Shown: in pieces, positions 29,931 to 40,930 of the stretch
How positions within the stretch are numbered: the first letter of the stretch is position 1
Layout: each line of letters starts with the position of its first letter
Assembly: GCA_037447435.1 (NCBI GenBank)
Contig: JBBIGR010000009.1
Coordinates: 64,001 to 128,000, forward strand
Direction of reading: 5' to 3'
Origin: Fibrobacteria bacterium
GTDB taxonomy: Bacteria > Fibrobacterota > Chitinivibrionia > Chitinivibrionales > FEN-1185
DNA: 64,000 nucleotides
Position numbers and translations under genes: made by a program
The notes under the pieces: generated by a model
Database searches by the model: none
Seen by the model: only the letters and a program-made list of their open reading frames with translations
Told to the model about the DNA's origin: nothing

Positions 29931-30416
29931 TTATGCGATGCTACGGTTGAAAAGTTGCGGTTTTTTCTCGGTGGCACGTTGCCAAAGTCCCGTCATTTTT
30001 CCCCATTGCGCAATCAAAGCCTGGCCAACGGGCGTGTTCCAGTCCGCTTCCAGGGCATCGTGGCACTCCTTGCCTTTGCCCTGGCGCTGATGGTGGCAAA
30101 AACGGCATTCGAGCGGCTGGTTTTTTGTTCCGAATAATTCGCATAAATCGTTTTTCAGAAAATTGCATCCGTTTTGCGCATGAATGCTTAACGCAAAATC
30201 GCCTTCGCATCCTGAAAAAGCAGGGGACAATACGCCGAACGAAAGATCGGGAGCCATTTCGAGCATCATTCGTTTTGCATAACCGGCATCGATCGCCAAA
30301 GCCGCTTCCTTCACCGTCCACCATCCGGGCCGAACGCAATAGTGGCGGCAAATTTTACAGGAACACGGTTTTGACGGCGGAAACGTTTCGTATAGCGATT
30401 TTGCGGTTTTACCCAT
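29931..30416 (-). CDS. Cysteine-cluster protein (YkgJ/CxxCxxCC-like)
   Basis: CSCKICRHYC..PG, CNFL...CEL......PLECR. Confidence 0.7.
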   Translation of the reverse strand: MGKTAKSLYETFPPSKPCSCKICRHYCVRPGWWTVKEAALAIDAGYAKRMMLEMAPDLSFGVLSPAFSGCEGDFALSIHAQNGCNFLKNDLCELFGTKNQPLECRFCHHQRQGKGKECHDALEADWNTPVGQALIAQWGKMTGLWQRATEKKPQLFNRSIA

Positions 30417-30811
30417 TTTTAATCAAATTTTCTAGCCAATGGTTTTAAGTATGCCCGAATCAAAACAAATTTTTACTAAAATAGTATACTGCCCGGATAC
30501 ACAAAATAAAATTGAAACCGTTTTTTTCCCGCATTCGCCGAAAAAAACTTTACATTAATGAGCACGCGTCACCGGATCGTAAATTTCGTCGCATGGCAAA
30601 TCCCGTTGGTTTGAAATAAAACAATGCGGCAAAAGAATGGCAAGTATTCGAGAAATACAAACAGTATACATGCAGACTACGATAAAATGTCGTCTTTGGA
30701 GTTTTTTAGGGATTTTGAGGCGAAAAGCGGTAAATTAATAATTAGGTGACATTGTTAGTGAATTTGAATTGAAAATTAGTATTTGTTCAAGTTAACCGTT
30801 TAAGGGGTTTT

Positions 30812-31978
30812 ATGAAAAAACTACAGATTCTTTTTCTTGCGTTTTTGGTGCTTTCGTCGTCTGCATTTGCCCAAAGAAAATTTGCAGGATGGTCGTACGG
30901 GTATCTTCCGAACTATGCGAATTTCTCGGTTTCACGGGTCAACTGGAAATGCTATACCATACTTGCGTGGTTTTCCGTAAACGGAAACAGTTCCGGAGCA
31001 GTTACCGGTATGAGCGACGCCGATGCCAAGAATTTTACGACTGCATGTCATACCAATAAAACAACGGCAATAATTTGTGTCGGCGGCGGCGGCGCCGGAG
31101 GCAACTTCCAGGCTGCTACCCAATCAAATGTCATGGGTACTTTCGTTCACAACCTCGTTGACTTTATGAAAAGGAATTCGTTTGACGGCATCGACATCGA
31201 TTGGGAAGACGGAATCAACGGGCAATTTGTTCCTTTCATGAAGGCGCTAAACGACACGCTTGTCAAAATCACGCCAAAGCCGATAGTGTCGATTGCCACG
31301 GCTCAATATCTGTCCGCATCGCATGCTCCTGCTGCAGCATATGTCGACCAATTCAACCTTATGTCTTATTACGATCTTCTTAACAGCAGCAGTGCTCCGA
31401 TTTCGGGTCAGGTAGCTTCACTTACGAGCAAAGGCGTGCCGAAAACCAAAATCGGCGTCGGGTACGGATACGATACCGATCAGGAAGTCGACGGACCCAA
31501 TGAATGCGGCAATGGCCCGGATGGAAATCCCGGCGATATCAACGGAAAGACTTTGTACGCCATCGACAACGGCTGCGGCGGGGTCATGATTTGGGAAATC
31601 GACCGGGCGCCGGCAAAATGCGACAGCGTCACGGCGTTCTACTGCAAAAAGCAGGCGCCTATATCCCCTGTTTTGTCCATGCCGATGACCGCAAGCCGCA
31701 AAGCGCAACGGACCATGCTTTCAATTCTGACAAATGGTACGACAGGCGCAAAAGAAATCCGTTTCTCGGTACCTTCTGCGGAAGCGGTGAATCTGGAACT
31801 TTTCAACCTGAACGGCGCCTTAGTACGGACCATCGCAAAAGGCATGCGTGAACCCGGGGTAAACTACAGCATTTCCCTTGGGAAAAACAATTCAAACGTA
31901 TCCGTCATTCCGGGCACCTATGTCTTGAAGTTTGCCACGCCGCTAAGTTCCGAAGCGGCAACGGTGGTTGTAAAATAA
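30812..31978 (+). CDS. Secreted GH18 chitinase-family glycosidase with C-terminal sorting-like domain
   Basis: Signal peptide; FDGIDIDWE catalytic motif; LMSY; GGVMIWE; tail LFNLNGALV...PGTYVLK. Confidence 0.92.
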   Translation: MKKLQILFLAFLVLSSSAFAQRKFAGWSYGYLPNYANFSVSRVNWKCYTILAWFSVNGNSSGAVTGMSDADAKNFTTACHTNKTTAIICVGGGGAGGNFQAATQSNVMGTFVHNLVDFMKRNSFDGIDIDWEDGINGQFVPFMKALNDTLVKITPKPIVSIATAQYLSASHAPAAAYVDQFNLMSYYDLLNSSSAPISGQVASLTSKGVPKTKIGVGYGYDTDQEVDGPNECGNGPDGNPGDINGKTLYAIDNGCGGVMIWEIDRAPAKCDSVTAFYCKKQAPISPVLSMPMTASRKAQRTMLSILTNGTTGAKEIRFSVPSAEAVNLELFNLNGALVRTIAKGMREPGVNYSISLGKNNSNVSVIPGTYVLKFATPLSSEAATVVVK

Positions 31979-32020
31979 ACGAACGTTCAGGACGCAAGTA
32001 ACCTGTTTTTGTAAAGAAAC

Positions 32021-32068
32021 CATACAACAAAAAAAAGCCCCGGAATTCCGGGGCTTTTTTGTTGTATG
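32021..32068. terminator. Bidirectional rho-independent terminator between the GH18 gene and ahcY
   Basis: CATACAAC-A-tract-GCCCCGG aatt CCGGGGC-T-tract-GTTGTATG inverted repeat. Confidence 0.85.
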
Positions 32069-32086
32069 CGATAGCGTTTGATATAA

Positions 32087-33517
32087 TCAATACCGGTAAT
32101 GTTCGGGCTTATACGGACCCTCGACCGGCACGCCGATATAATCAGCCTGGCGCTTCGACAAAACCGTGAGTTTCGCACCGATTTTCGCTAAATGCAACCG
32201 TGCGACCTCTTCGTCGAGTTTCTTGGACAATCGATATACGCCCGGCTTGTACGTGTCTTTGTTTTTCCATAAATCGAGCTGCGCGAGAGTCTGGTTGGTA
32301 AATGAGCTCGACATGACGAAACTGGGGTGTCCGGTTGCGCAGCCGAGATTGACAAGTCGGCCTTCTGCCAAAAGATAAATGCAATGGCCGTCGGGGAATA
32401 TATACTTGTCGACCTGCGGTTTGATATTGACGCGTTGTATACCGGGATAATTGTTTAGTTTGTCGACCTGTATTTCATTGTCGAAATGGCCGATGTTGCA
32501 AACGATCGCCTGGTCCTTCATTTTTGCCATATGTTCGACGGTTATTATCTCGCAATTACCCGTCGTCGTGACGTAGATATCGGCAAAGGGAAGGGCGTCT
32601 TCGATGGTAGTCACTTTGTATCCGGCCATACATGCCTGCAATGCGCAAATCGGGTCGATTTCGGTGACGCAAACCTGGGCTTTCTGCCCGGCGAGCGATT
32701 CTGCCGATCCTTTGCCCACATCGCCGTATCCGCAGACAAGCGCGGTTTTACCTGCAATCATGACGTCCATTGCGCGCATGATGCCGTCGACCAGCGAGTG
32801 GCGGCAACCGTAAATATTGTCGAATTTCGATTTTGTCACCGAGTCGTTGACATTGATGGCAGGGACCAAAAGGCTTTTTGCCGATTCCATTTGGTAAAGT
32901 CTGTGCACGCCCGTCGTGGTCTCTTCGGAAACGCCTTTCCAGTCTTTGACCACCGTATGCCAATGAGTCGGATTTTTTGCGTAAATGGTTTTCAAAAGGT
33001 TCTTGATCACGCTTTCCTCATGACTCGACGAGGGCGAGTCTACCCATTTGTCGCCGTTTTCGAGCTGAAATCCTTTATGGATAAGCAATGTCGCGTCGCC
33101 GCCGTCGTCGACGATAAGCTGCGGGCCTTTATTGCCGTCGAATGTAAGGGCCTGGAACGTGCATGCCCAATAATCTTCAAGCGATTCGCCCTTCCAGGCG
33201 AATACCGGGACGCCCGACTTTGCAATGGCTGCTGCTGCATGGTCTTGCGTGGAGAAAATATTGCATGAAGCCCATCGTACGGAAGCGCCCAATTTTGCCA
33301 ACGTTTCGATAAGCACGGCGGTTTGAATGGTCATATGCAAAGACCCGGAGACGCGTACGCCCTTCAGCGGTTGTTCTTTGGCGTATTTTTCCCGAACAGA
33401 CATGAGACCCGGCATTTCTTTTTCCGCAATGTCCATTTCCTTCCTTCCCCAGTCGGCAAGGGTGATGTCGGAAACAAGATACGGATGATTTGCCCAAAGG
33501 TCAATATGCGGTGCCAT
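32087..33517 (-). CDS. ahcY: Adenosylhomocysteinase
   Basis: [47 protein letters not shown] motifs. Confidence 0.98.
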   Translation of the reverse strand: MAPHIDLWANHPYLVSDITLADWGRKEMDIAEKEMPGLMSVREKYAKEQPLKGVRVSGSLHMTIQTAVLIETLAKLGASVRWASCNIFSTQDHAAAAIAKSGVPVFAWKGESLEDYWACTFQALTFDGNKGPQLIVDDGGDATLLIHKGFQLENGDKWVDSPSSSHEESVIKNLLKTIYAKNPTHWHTVVKDWKGVSEETTTGVHRLYQMESAKSLLVPAINVNDSVTKSKFDNIYGCRHSLVDGIMRAMDVMIAGKTALVCGYGDVGKGSAESLAGQKAQVCVTEIDPICALQACMAGYKVTTIEDALPFADIYVTTTGNCEIITVEHMAKMKDQAIVCNIGHFDNEIQVDKLNNYPGIQRVNIKPQVDKYIFPDGHCIYLLAEGRLVNLGCATGHPSFVMSSSFTNQTLAQLDLWKNKDTYKPGVYRLSKKLDEEVARLHLAKIGAKLTVLSKRQADYIGVPVEGPYKPEHYRY

Positions 33518-33652
33518 TATATAAAGCTCCTTTTAAAAAAAAGTTTGGAACGTAATCATACAAATTACTTTATGGAAGAAATGGGACAAAGAAACCAAAT
33601 GGGCGTTTCTTTAAAAAAAACGCCTAAAACAAAACCAAAACAATAAAATGCA

Positions 33653-34972
33653 TCAGCTTTTCAACAATAACGGTTGGCCGGTGCGGTCTATCACGTCTCG
33701 CCATAATGCGCTTTCCGGATCAACGCGGTTTCGTTTCGATACGGCAAGTCGAATGGGCAAATGCACGAAATTATTATTGACCAGGCTGATAAGCACTTCG
33801 GTTTTTCCCGCCATCGCGGCGTGGACCGCGTTGCTGCCGAGGCGCGCGCAATAAATCGAATCCGTGGTTATCGCCGCCGCGCTTCTGATCATATAGCTTG
33901 GATCAATGTATTTGACCGTGATTTCCATGCGTATCTCTTCAAAGTACTGTTCTATTCTTTTTCGTAAATATGCGCCGACGTCGCCGAGCTTTTTATTGCC
34001 CGAGGCGTCGGAGCCGTTCGATTCGCCGACAAGGTCCTGCCCAGCGCCTTCGGCAACCAGGATCACCGCGTGATGCCGCAAATCCAACCGTTTCTTCAGC
34101 GAAGCAAGCAGTCCGTTTTCGCCCGACAGCTCGAACTGCACTTCGGGAATCAGGACGTAATTGACGTCGCCGGACGCAAGAGCCGTGTGCGCGGCGATAA
34201 AACCGGATTCGCGCCCCATGACCTTGACGATACCGATTCCGTTCATGACGTCATGCGCTTCGGTATGAGCGCTTTCCACCGCTTCGACCGCAAGCGAAAC
34301 CGCTGTCTCGAAGCCGAACGAACGTTGACAAAAGCTCAAGTCGTTGTCTATGGTTTTCGGCACGCCGATAACCGAAAGGCGGGTGCCCCGTTTGCGCGCC
34401 TCCTGCGATATTGCCAATGCCCCGCGCATGGTTCCGTCGCCGCCGATGGCAAAGAGCACATTGATGTTCATTTGTTCGATAACGTCGACCATGAGCGGGA
34501 TTTTTTCGCCGCCGCCGCGGGACGATCCGAGCAATGTGCCGCCCATCTGATGAACGTCGGCGACGATTTTAGGCGTGAGGTCTATGGTCGGAATCCCGAA
34601 TTCGGGCAAGAGCCCCCGGTATCCATATTGGATTCCCGTTATTCTGCGCACGCCGTAACGATGCCAAAGATTCATGACTACGGAGTAAATGACGTCATTG
34701 AGCCCGGGGCATAATCCGCCGCACGTCACGATGGCTGCGTTGACCTTTGCCGGATCAAAGAAAATCTTTTCCCGCGGCCCGGCCAATTCCAGCAGGTTCT
34801 CTTTTGTATAAGGACCGAACGGCAATCCCGGTTGCGAAACAATATCGTACAGGATAAACTGATCGTCGGTTGTAAAATTGGCGATTTTATCATCGGGTTT
34901 TTTCGACAAAACGATAGGCGATTTGATATGCGGGGTCCCGAGCATGGGAATAGAAAAATCGTATAATTCCAT
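33653..34972 (-). CDS. pfkA: ATP-dependent 6-phosphofructokinase (long, plant/spirochaete-like clade)
   Basis: AIVTCGGLCPGLND, GGDGT.RGA, PKTIDND, MGRESGFIA, KYIDPSYMIR motifs. Confidence 0.95.
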   Translation of the reverse strand: MELYDFSIPMLGTPHIKSPIVLSKKPDDKIANFTTDDQFILYDIVSQPGLPFGPYTKENLLELAGPREKIFFDPAKVNAAIVTCGGLCPGLNDVIYSVVMNLWHRYGVRRITGIQYGYRGLLPEFGIPTIDLTPKIVADVHQMGGTLLGSSRGGGEKIPLMVDVIEQMNINVLFAIGGDGTMRGALAISQEARKRGTRLSVIGVPKTIDNDLSFCQRSFGFETAVSLAVEAVESAHTEAHDVMNGIGIVKVMGRESGFIAAHTALASGDVNYVLIPEVQFELSGENGLLASLKKRLDLRHHAVILVAEGAGQDLVGESNGSDASGNKKLGDVGAYLRKRIEQYFEEIRMEITVKYIDPSYMIRSAAAITTDSIYCARLGSNAVHAAMAGKTEVLISLVNNNFVHLPIRLAVSKRNRVDPESALWRDVIDRTGQPLLLKS

Positions 34973-35083
34973 AGATTTACTCCTTAAGGTGGATTTTCCA
35001 AGGATTTATATTATACTACTCTGTAAAAAAGAAAGCCATTAAAAACTCGCAAAACAGCCGACATTATTGTAATTTATTTCCCT

Positions 35084-36811
35084 ATGAAAAATTTCGCTAA
35101 AGTCGTATTGGGCATCGCTGTTTTATTCTTCTATTGCGCACATCAGATACCGCCGGGCGGCGGTCCCGACGACAAGATTCCGCCGAAAATCAATTCGTCG
35201 TATCCCATACGCGGCTCCGTGGGCATTCCGACAACAGCTTCGATCATGTTGAATTTTTCCGAATGGGTTGTGCCGCAAAATCCTGAAAAAAGTATCAGCA
35301 TGTACCCGCCTGCGCCCGGGGGCATCAAAATTTCCATATCCGGAAAAAAATTGGTAATAAAACCCAAAAAGCCGCTGGCAGACTCCACGACCTATCACGT
35401 CATGATAAATACGGCATTGGCGGATTTGCACGGAAACTCGATCGGGATCCCGTACGATTTGTTTTTTTCAACCGGACCCACCATAGACAGCGGCCGTATT
35501 TTCGGATGCGTCACCCTGCCTTCTGCGAAAAAAGGGCAACCGAAGATCGGCTTGTTCCCGTCTGTCAAAATCGACAGTTCCGACACCAATTTCTTCGGTC
35601 CGCCCAGCTATGTTGCCCAAACCGACAGTGCGGGACTGTTTTCCTTCGACAACATTCACCGGGGAACCTACGATTGCATTGCTTTTTTTGACGATAATAA
35701 CGACAACCGTTTTTCTCCGGGCGTGGAACAGGCCTTTGCCGCAATAGACAAACGCATAAAGCTCGATAAAACAGCCGGGCCGCTGACGCTGTTTCCAGTC
35801 AATTGCGATACCACGACGATGCGCATTAGTAAAATAACGCCGCTTTCGGCAAAGCACCTTCTGTGTGAATGGACCGGCGGCATCGGCATTTCCTCAAACG
35901 GTTTCGATTCGTTGTGGAAAGTCGAAAGCGTGGATGGAAAACGGTCGCTGGCGATCAAAACGTACATTCCCGTTTACAATACGAGAAGATTTTTCCTTGT
36001 CGTTGCCGATACGCTCGGATTGCAGCCGTTTCGGCTGGTGTGCTCCAAAAAATCACCGCTTTTTCTCCGGAAAAATGCGACGCAGCGCGACACGATACGG
36101 TTTAACGGGGTTTCCCAAAGCGATACGACAACACCGTTATTGCGAAGCAAGGAACCGTTGGTCCTTGCCGATCTGAAGCCGATCATAAAATTGGCGTGGT
36201 CCAAACCCATGTTTCCGCAATTTTCGAAATGGCAATGCGCCGATTCCTTAAAAGATACCGTCGGTCTCACGGTATCGCAGTCCCTTGCCGACACGACCAT
36301 CATCCGGGTGAACCGGCCGCTGAAAACGGGAGACAAATACGATATCGTTTTTCCCGATTCCCTGTTCAAGGATATATGCGGAAATCCACCTAAAGATTCG
36401 CTGGGCATCAAAATGTCTTTCACCACATTAGATGACAAAGACCTGTGTTACAGCCTCAGCGGCGGCGCATCGTGCATGAAGCCCGATTCCAAACGGAAAT
36501 GGATATTTACGACCATCGTCGGTTCGCGCAAATACCTCGTTTCGGACAATGCCGGGCAATTCAGGTACGATTCCCTTTGCGCAGGCAAAGGCACTATGAC
36601 GATATTCTCTGATGTAAATAATGACGGAGAATTGAATGTCGGAAGCCTCGTGCCGTGGGTTCCTTCCGAGCCGTATTTTTTGCCGCCCGATACGGTTGAA
36701 GCGCGGAAAAACTGGGACATCGAAGGAGTCTCTATAACCGGCGCATGCGAGGATTGTTTCAGGCCTCGTACATTGATAATCCCTTCCGATACCGCAACTC
36801 ATAAGCCGTAA
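35084..36811 (+). CDS. Lipoprotein with bacterial Ig-like (Big_5) domains
   Basis: Signal ending YCA followed by PPGGGPDDK.PP; F.EW; L....TY...I....D..GN; FSTG...D. Confidence 0.8.
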   Translation: MKNFAKVVLGIAVLFFYCAHQIPPGGGPDDKIPPKINSSYPIRGSVGIPTTASIMLNFSEWVVPQNPEKSISMYPPAPGGIKISISGKKLVIKPKKPLADSTTYHVMINTALADLHGNSIGIPYDLFFSTGPTIDSGRIFGCVTLPSAKKGQPKIGLFPSVKIDSSDTNFFGPPSYVAQTDSAGLFSFDNIHRGTYDCIAFFDDNNDNRFSPGVEQAFAAIDKRIKLDKTAGPLTLFPVNCDTTTMRISKITPLSAKHLLCEWTGGIGISSNGFDSLWKVESVDGKRSLAIKTYIPVYNTRRFFLVVADTLGLQPFRLVCSKKSPLFLRKNATQRDTIRFNGVSQSDTTTPLLRSKEPLVLADLKPIIKLAWSKPMFPQFSKWQCADSLKDTVGLTVSQSLADTTIIRVNRPLKTGDKYDIVFPDSLFKDICGNPPKDSLGIKMSFTTLDDKDLCYSLSGGASCMKPDSKRKWIFTTIVGSRKYLVSDNAGQFRYDSLCAGKGTMTIFSDVNNDGELNVGSLVPWVPSEPYFLPPDTVEARKNWDIEGVSITGACEDCFRPRTLIIPSDTATHKP

Positions 36812-36874
36812 ACCGATACGATACTGCCCAATGCCCCGGCAGTCTTTCGACATACAATTTTCAAAGGAGCTATA

Positions 36875-39604
36875 ATGCCGACACCGCCAAAAATGAAAAA
36901 CCTCGGGATTTGGGTAGTCATTGGAGTCATCGCCGTCATTGGTGTGTTCGCCCAAAATATCGCATTGCTTCTTACCGATTTCGCCTGGTTTAAAGAAGTA
37001 TCCATGGCTTCGGTTTTCATCACTATTCTTTCATCCAAAATCGCAATCACGCTGATAGCGGGCGTGGCTGCGTGGCTCATAATTTACGTCAATTTGCTTG
37101 TGGCTCAAAAGCTCGTCAAGCCCATGGTCAATTACACCCGTTCGCCGATAATGGCCTATGTCGAGGCGTATGGCATAACACCGTTTGTCAAATTCGTGCT
37201 TCCTATCGTCGCGGTCATCGCGGCGTTCTTTATCGCGGCATTCGCGAGTCAATTTTGGGATACGTATCTTACCTATAAAGGGTCGGTCGCCTTTGGCCTA
37301 AAAGATCCGTTGCTCGGAAAAGATATAAGCTTTTACGTATTCAAGTTGCCGTTTTACCGATTCCTGTATTCGGTGAGCGCCTCGATTGTCGTTCTTTCTT
37401 TAATCGGCAGTTTCATCGTTTATTTCCTGCGGCAAAACATCTCGTTCACGGGCCGATGGGTAACGGCGGCAACCGCCGCAAAAGCGCATATCCTTTTTCT
37501 TACCGGTATACTTATCGCATCGCTATTCGTGTTTTTCCAATTCAAGATGTTCGATATGGTCAACGGCGGGGGCCATATCGTCAATGGCGCAGGATATGCG
37601 GACATTCACTTTTATCTGCCGTTTCTTAAAGCCATGCGATACATCTGTCTGGCTGCGGCATTGTTGATTTGGATTAATATCTGGACCAAAACCCTCAAGT
37701 TCGCCATTCTCGGCGTTGTTTTGGTGATTCTCATGAATGTGATCGGCCGGGGCGCCAGCGGCCTCGTCGAGCGTTTTGTCGTTGCCCCCAACGAAGTTTC
37801 AAAAGAAACTCCCTATATCAATTGGAGCATTCAGAATACTCGATCGGCGTTTAACGTCGACAAAATAGAAGAAAAGCATTTTACGCCAACCGAAAATTTG
37901 AGCAAGGAAGCGGTCCAGAAAAACGATTTGACGGTTAAGAACATCCGTTTGTGGGAACAGGCTCCGCTTTTAACGACATACGGACAATTGCAGGAAATAC
38001 GCACCTATTACAAATTCCTGGATGTCGACAACGACCGGTATATGATCAACGGCAAAACGCGGCAGGTCATGCTGTCGCCCCGCGAGCTCGTGCCCGCGAG
38101 TTTGCCCAGCAGAATATGGATCAACGAGCATTTGAGCTATACCCACGGCTACGGCCTTTGCATGGGCCCGGTGAATAATGTCACGCCCGAAGGATTGCCG
38201 GAATTTTTCATCGAAAATATTCCCCCCGTTTCCAATGCGAACATTCCCGTAACCAGGCCGCAGATCTATTACGGCGAGGCCGACGCCGGTTATGCTATTG
38301 TCAATACCGCGAACAAGGAATTCGATTATCCGTCGGGCGACGAAAACGTGTATACCGACTATGCGGGCAAGGGCGGCGTTTCAATGGGCGGCATGCTTAA
38401 AAAATTGCTCTTTGTCGTGCGCTTCGGCGAAATAAAGATCCTGTTGTCGACCGATATTACGCAAAAAAGCAGGATACTGTATTACCGTAAAATCAACGAG
38501 CGCGTGCGCAAGGCAATGCCGTTTTTATCGTACGATTCCGATCCGTATATGGTCGTGACCAAGGAAGGGCATTTGGTGTGGTTTATCGACGCGTATACCA
38601 CCACGTCGAAATACCCGTATTCGGCCATGATCCAGGATATGGGAAATTATATACGCAATTCCGTCAAGGTAACCATCGACGCGTACGACGGAGCCTTGTC
38701 GTATTATGTTTCCGATCCTACCGACCCGATCATCCAGACGTACCAGAAAATATTCCCCAACGTTTTCAAACCCATGTCCGACATGCCGCAGGATTTGCGC
38801 AGCCATATCCGGTATCCGCAGGCGTTGTTCACCATTCAGGCAAAGGTGTATTCGCTGTACCACATGACCGATCCGCAGGTGTTTTACAATAAAGAAGACA
38901 TGTGGAAAATCCCGGCAAGCATGGCCGACGGTCAATTGGAACAGATGACCCCGTATTACACGATCATGAAGCTCGCCGAGGTCGGCAGGCAGGAGGAATT
39001 CATCCTTATGGTGCCGTTCTCTCCTGCCAAGAAAGAAAACATGATCGCCTGGCTTGCCGCGCGATGCGACGAGCCGAATTACGGCAAGCTTCTGGTGTTT
39101 GATTTTCCCAAGCAAAAACTCGTGTACGGCCCCCAGCAAATAGAGTCGCGTATCAATCAGGACCCTGAAATATCCAAGCAATTGACGCTGTGGAATCAGG
39201 GCGGTTCGCGCGTGATTTGGGGAAGCCTGCTCGTCATTCCGGTCGAACAATCGTTGTTATACGTACAGCCCATGTATATAGCGGCGCAAAGCGGCGGCGT
39301 GCCCGAACTCAAACGGGTCATCGTTGCGTACAGCAATAACATCGCAATGGAAGAAACCTTGCAGCAATCGCTCGATGCCATATTCGGCGTGCCCAGGCAA
39401 AATGCCGAAGTGCAATTGGCGAATGCGCAAACGACCTTTCTGAATGCTCCGCCCGATAAACAGGCCGACATAAAACGCCTCATCGCCGAAGCGAACAAGC
39501 AATTCGAAAAAGCCCAGGACGAACTGACTAAAAAGAATTGGGCCGGCTACGGCGCGGCAATGGGCGAGGTGCAGCGGCTTCTTAAGGAGTTAGCAACTAA
39601 ATAG
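36875..39604 (+). CDS. UPF0182 family membrane protein
   Basis: DP..G.DISFYVF.LP, NIRLW, DVDNDRY, YTHGYG, NYIRNSVK, YVQP.Y, PELKRVI motifs. Confidence 0.95.
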   Translation: MPTPPKMKNLGIWVVIGVIAVIGVFAQNIALLLTDFAWFKEVSMASVFITILSSKIAITLIAGVAAWLIIYVNLLVAQKLVKPMVNYTRSPIMAYVEAYGITPFVKFVLPIVAVIAAFFIAAFASQFWDTYLTYKGSVAFGLKDPLLGKDISFYVFKLPFYRFLYSVSASIVVLSLIGSFIVYFLRQNISFTGRWVTAATAAKAHILFLTGILIASLFVFFQFKMFDMVNGGGHIVNGAGYADIHFYLPFLKAMRYICLAAALLIWINIWTKTLKFAILGVVLVILMNVIGRGASGLVERFVVAPNEVSKETPYINWSIQNTRSAFNVDKIEEKHFTPTENLSKEAVQKNDLTVKNIRLWEQAPLLTTYGQLQEIRTYYKFLDVDNDRYMINGKTRQVMLSPRELVPASLPSRIWINEHLSYTHGYGLCMGPVNNVTPEGLPEFFIENIPPVSNANIPVTRPQIYYGEADAGYAIVNTANKEFDYPSGDENVYTDYAGKGGVSMGGMLKKLLFVVRFGEIKILLSTDITQKSRILYYRKINERVRKAMPFLSYDSDPYMVVTKEGHLVWFIDAYTTTSKYPYSAMIQDMGNYIRNSVKVTIDAYDGALSYYVSDPTDPIIQTYQKIFPNVFKPMSDMPQDLRSHIRYPQALFTIQAKVYSLYHMTDPQVFYNKEDMWKIPASMADGQLEQMTPYYTIMKLAEVGRQEEFILMVPFSPAKKENMIAWLAARCDEPNYGKLLVFDFPKQKLVYGPQQIESRINQDPEISKQLTLWNQGGSRVIWGSLLVIPVEQSLLYVQPMYIAAQSGGVPELKRVIVAYSNNIAMEETLQQSLDAIFGVPRQNAEVQLANAQTTFLNAPPDKQADIKRLIAEANKQFEKAQDELTKKNWAGYGAAMGEVQRLLKELATK

Positions 39605-39607
39605 AAA

Positions 39608-39632
39608 TTATCTACGCGGGACGCGTAGATAA
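39608..39632. terminator. Palindrome / possible terminator after the UPF0182 gene
   Basis: TTATCTACGCG-gga-CGCGTAGATAA. Confidence 0.5.
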
Positions 39633-39733
39633 AATCACCGCTACAGCTATCCAGTAGCGGAGCAACGGATTGGGATCAAATGTGAAATGAAATTGGGAAA
39701 GTAAACATTACTTAGAATGGGGAAGCCAAAGCA

Positions 39734-39949
39734 ATGTTGCAAAATATAGAAAACGATGAAGAGTTACAAGATAGTTTGACCATGTTAAAAATCGTGGCAA
39801 TGAGCACGAAAAGTATGATTGAAGAAAAAGGTCAGACTATCAAAAAGGCCTTTGATGATGTAAGGAAACGTGTGAAACAGGCAAATTCTAAAATAAAGTG
39901 CTCCTTTACTTCGGGGCTTCAACCCGATAATACCTATGCTCTTTATTAA
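39734..39949 (+). CDS. Short hypothetical ORF, possibly a remnant
   Basis: AT-rich 71-aa helical ORF with no recognisable motif; 3' end overlaps the next gene. Confidence 0.25.
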   Translation: MLQNIENDEELQDSLTMLKIVAMSTKSMIEEKGQTIKKAFDDVRKRVKQANSKIKCSFTSGLQPDNTYALY

Positions 39950-40760
39950 TGCGGATGCATAAATCGGGCACGGCTTTTTCATAGCATAAGCAGGTAAGCG
40001 GCAGAAAATGCTTGACCATGTTCGATATCTGCGTGCCGGTCAATCCTGTACCGGTGCGGGCGATAAGGTCTTGTTCCTGCTTTGTTCTCCATTTTTCATG
40101 TAAGTCAAGTGAATCCGGGCGTAGCATAACGAGAAAATCCAGCAGGTCCCACGCGCGTTGATATGGGCCGAGCCGCGAAAGCATTTCAGCAATATGTTCG
40201 GGTGCGAAAAAAGTACCAAGGTTCGAAAGTCCTTGATGATTGCAAGCATCTATCAAATCCTCTGTGGTGGTTTCAGGTATGCCGACGCACCATCCCTCAA
40301 AAAGAACAAAATCCTGTCTGCCGCGCACGTGCGTAACCTGGTCCGAAATATCGCCGTTTCCTTGATGCAAAGATTTGTCGAAAATCGGAAGGTCCGTATC
40401 GTTGCCGCTTTTCAAGCAGGAAAGTGCATCGACAAGTTCAGAAACCCGATGCGTACCCGGCATGCCGCGCGGTATTTGATAAAACGGGTTGGTTCTAAAC
40501 TTTGCCGCAAGGAGTTTTCGCTTTTCATAGGAGGAATAGAAATCGTCGATAGAGAATGTAACTACGCGGCAATTTTTATGCGAAAGGTTTGCCGCAAGGT
40601 AACGCACGAGTGTTGTCTTACCTGTTCCCTGGCCGCCTTGAATACCCACAACTATTGTAGTATCGCTGTGCCGCAATTCATAGATCTCGTTTGCAAGCGG
40701 TTCAAGACAACACCTGAGCTGTTCGGGCGAATAGGAAAATTCCGGCGATGGCGGTTGCAT
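39906..40760 (-). CDS. P-loop kinase, D-glycerate 3-kinase (GLYK/Tda10)-like
   Basis: GGQGTGKT, SIDDFY, RG.PGTH, P.FDKSL..G.GD, FEGWCVG motifs; AGGAG RBS. Confidence 0.82.
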   Translation of the reverse strand: MQPPSPEFSYSPEQLRCCLEPLANEIYELRHSDTTIVVGIQGGQGTGKTTLVRYLAANLSHKNCRVVTFSIDDFYSSYEKRKLLAAKFRTNPFYQIPRGMPGTHRVSELVDALSCLKSGNDTDLPIFDKSLHQGNGDISDQVTHVRGRQDFVLFEGWCVGIPETTTEDLIDACNHQGLSNLGTFFAPEHIAEMLSRLGPYQRAWDLLDFLVMLRPDSLDLHEKWRTKQEQDLIARTGTGLTGTQISNMVKHFLPLTCLCYEKAVPDLCIRINKEHRYYRVEAPK

Positions 40761-40930
40761 GATTTCTCCTTCGTGATAAAAGATACCTCATTACATGCGA
40801 ATTTGACATACTCGTGCCGAATTCCTATATTATCTCTTCGATATTTCACGGCATAGGGGGGGAACGCCGGGGGAAATGAACTATCAGTCAATTTCCCTGT
40901 CAGCTACATTCCAAACAAAGGGAGGATGGT

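Noticed and set aside
30590..30650. Possible c-di-GMP-I riboswitch upstream of the GH18 gene (GGCAAA...GAAA...GCAAAAG)
   Set aside because: The spacing and stems do not fit, and the second hairpin is missing. An Rfam covariance search would settle it.
33518..33650. SAH/SAM riboswitch upstream of ahcY
   Set aside because: The leader is short and AT-rich with no recognisable consensus.
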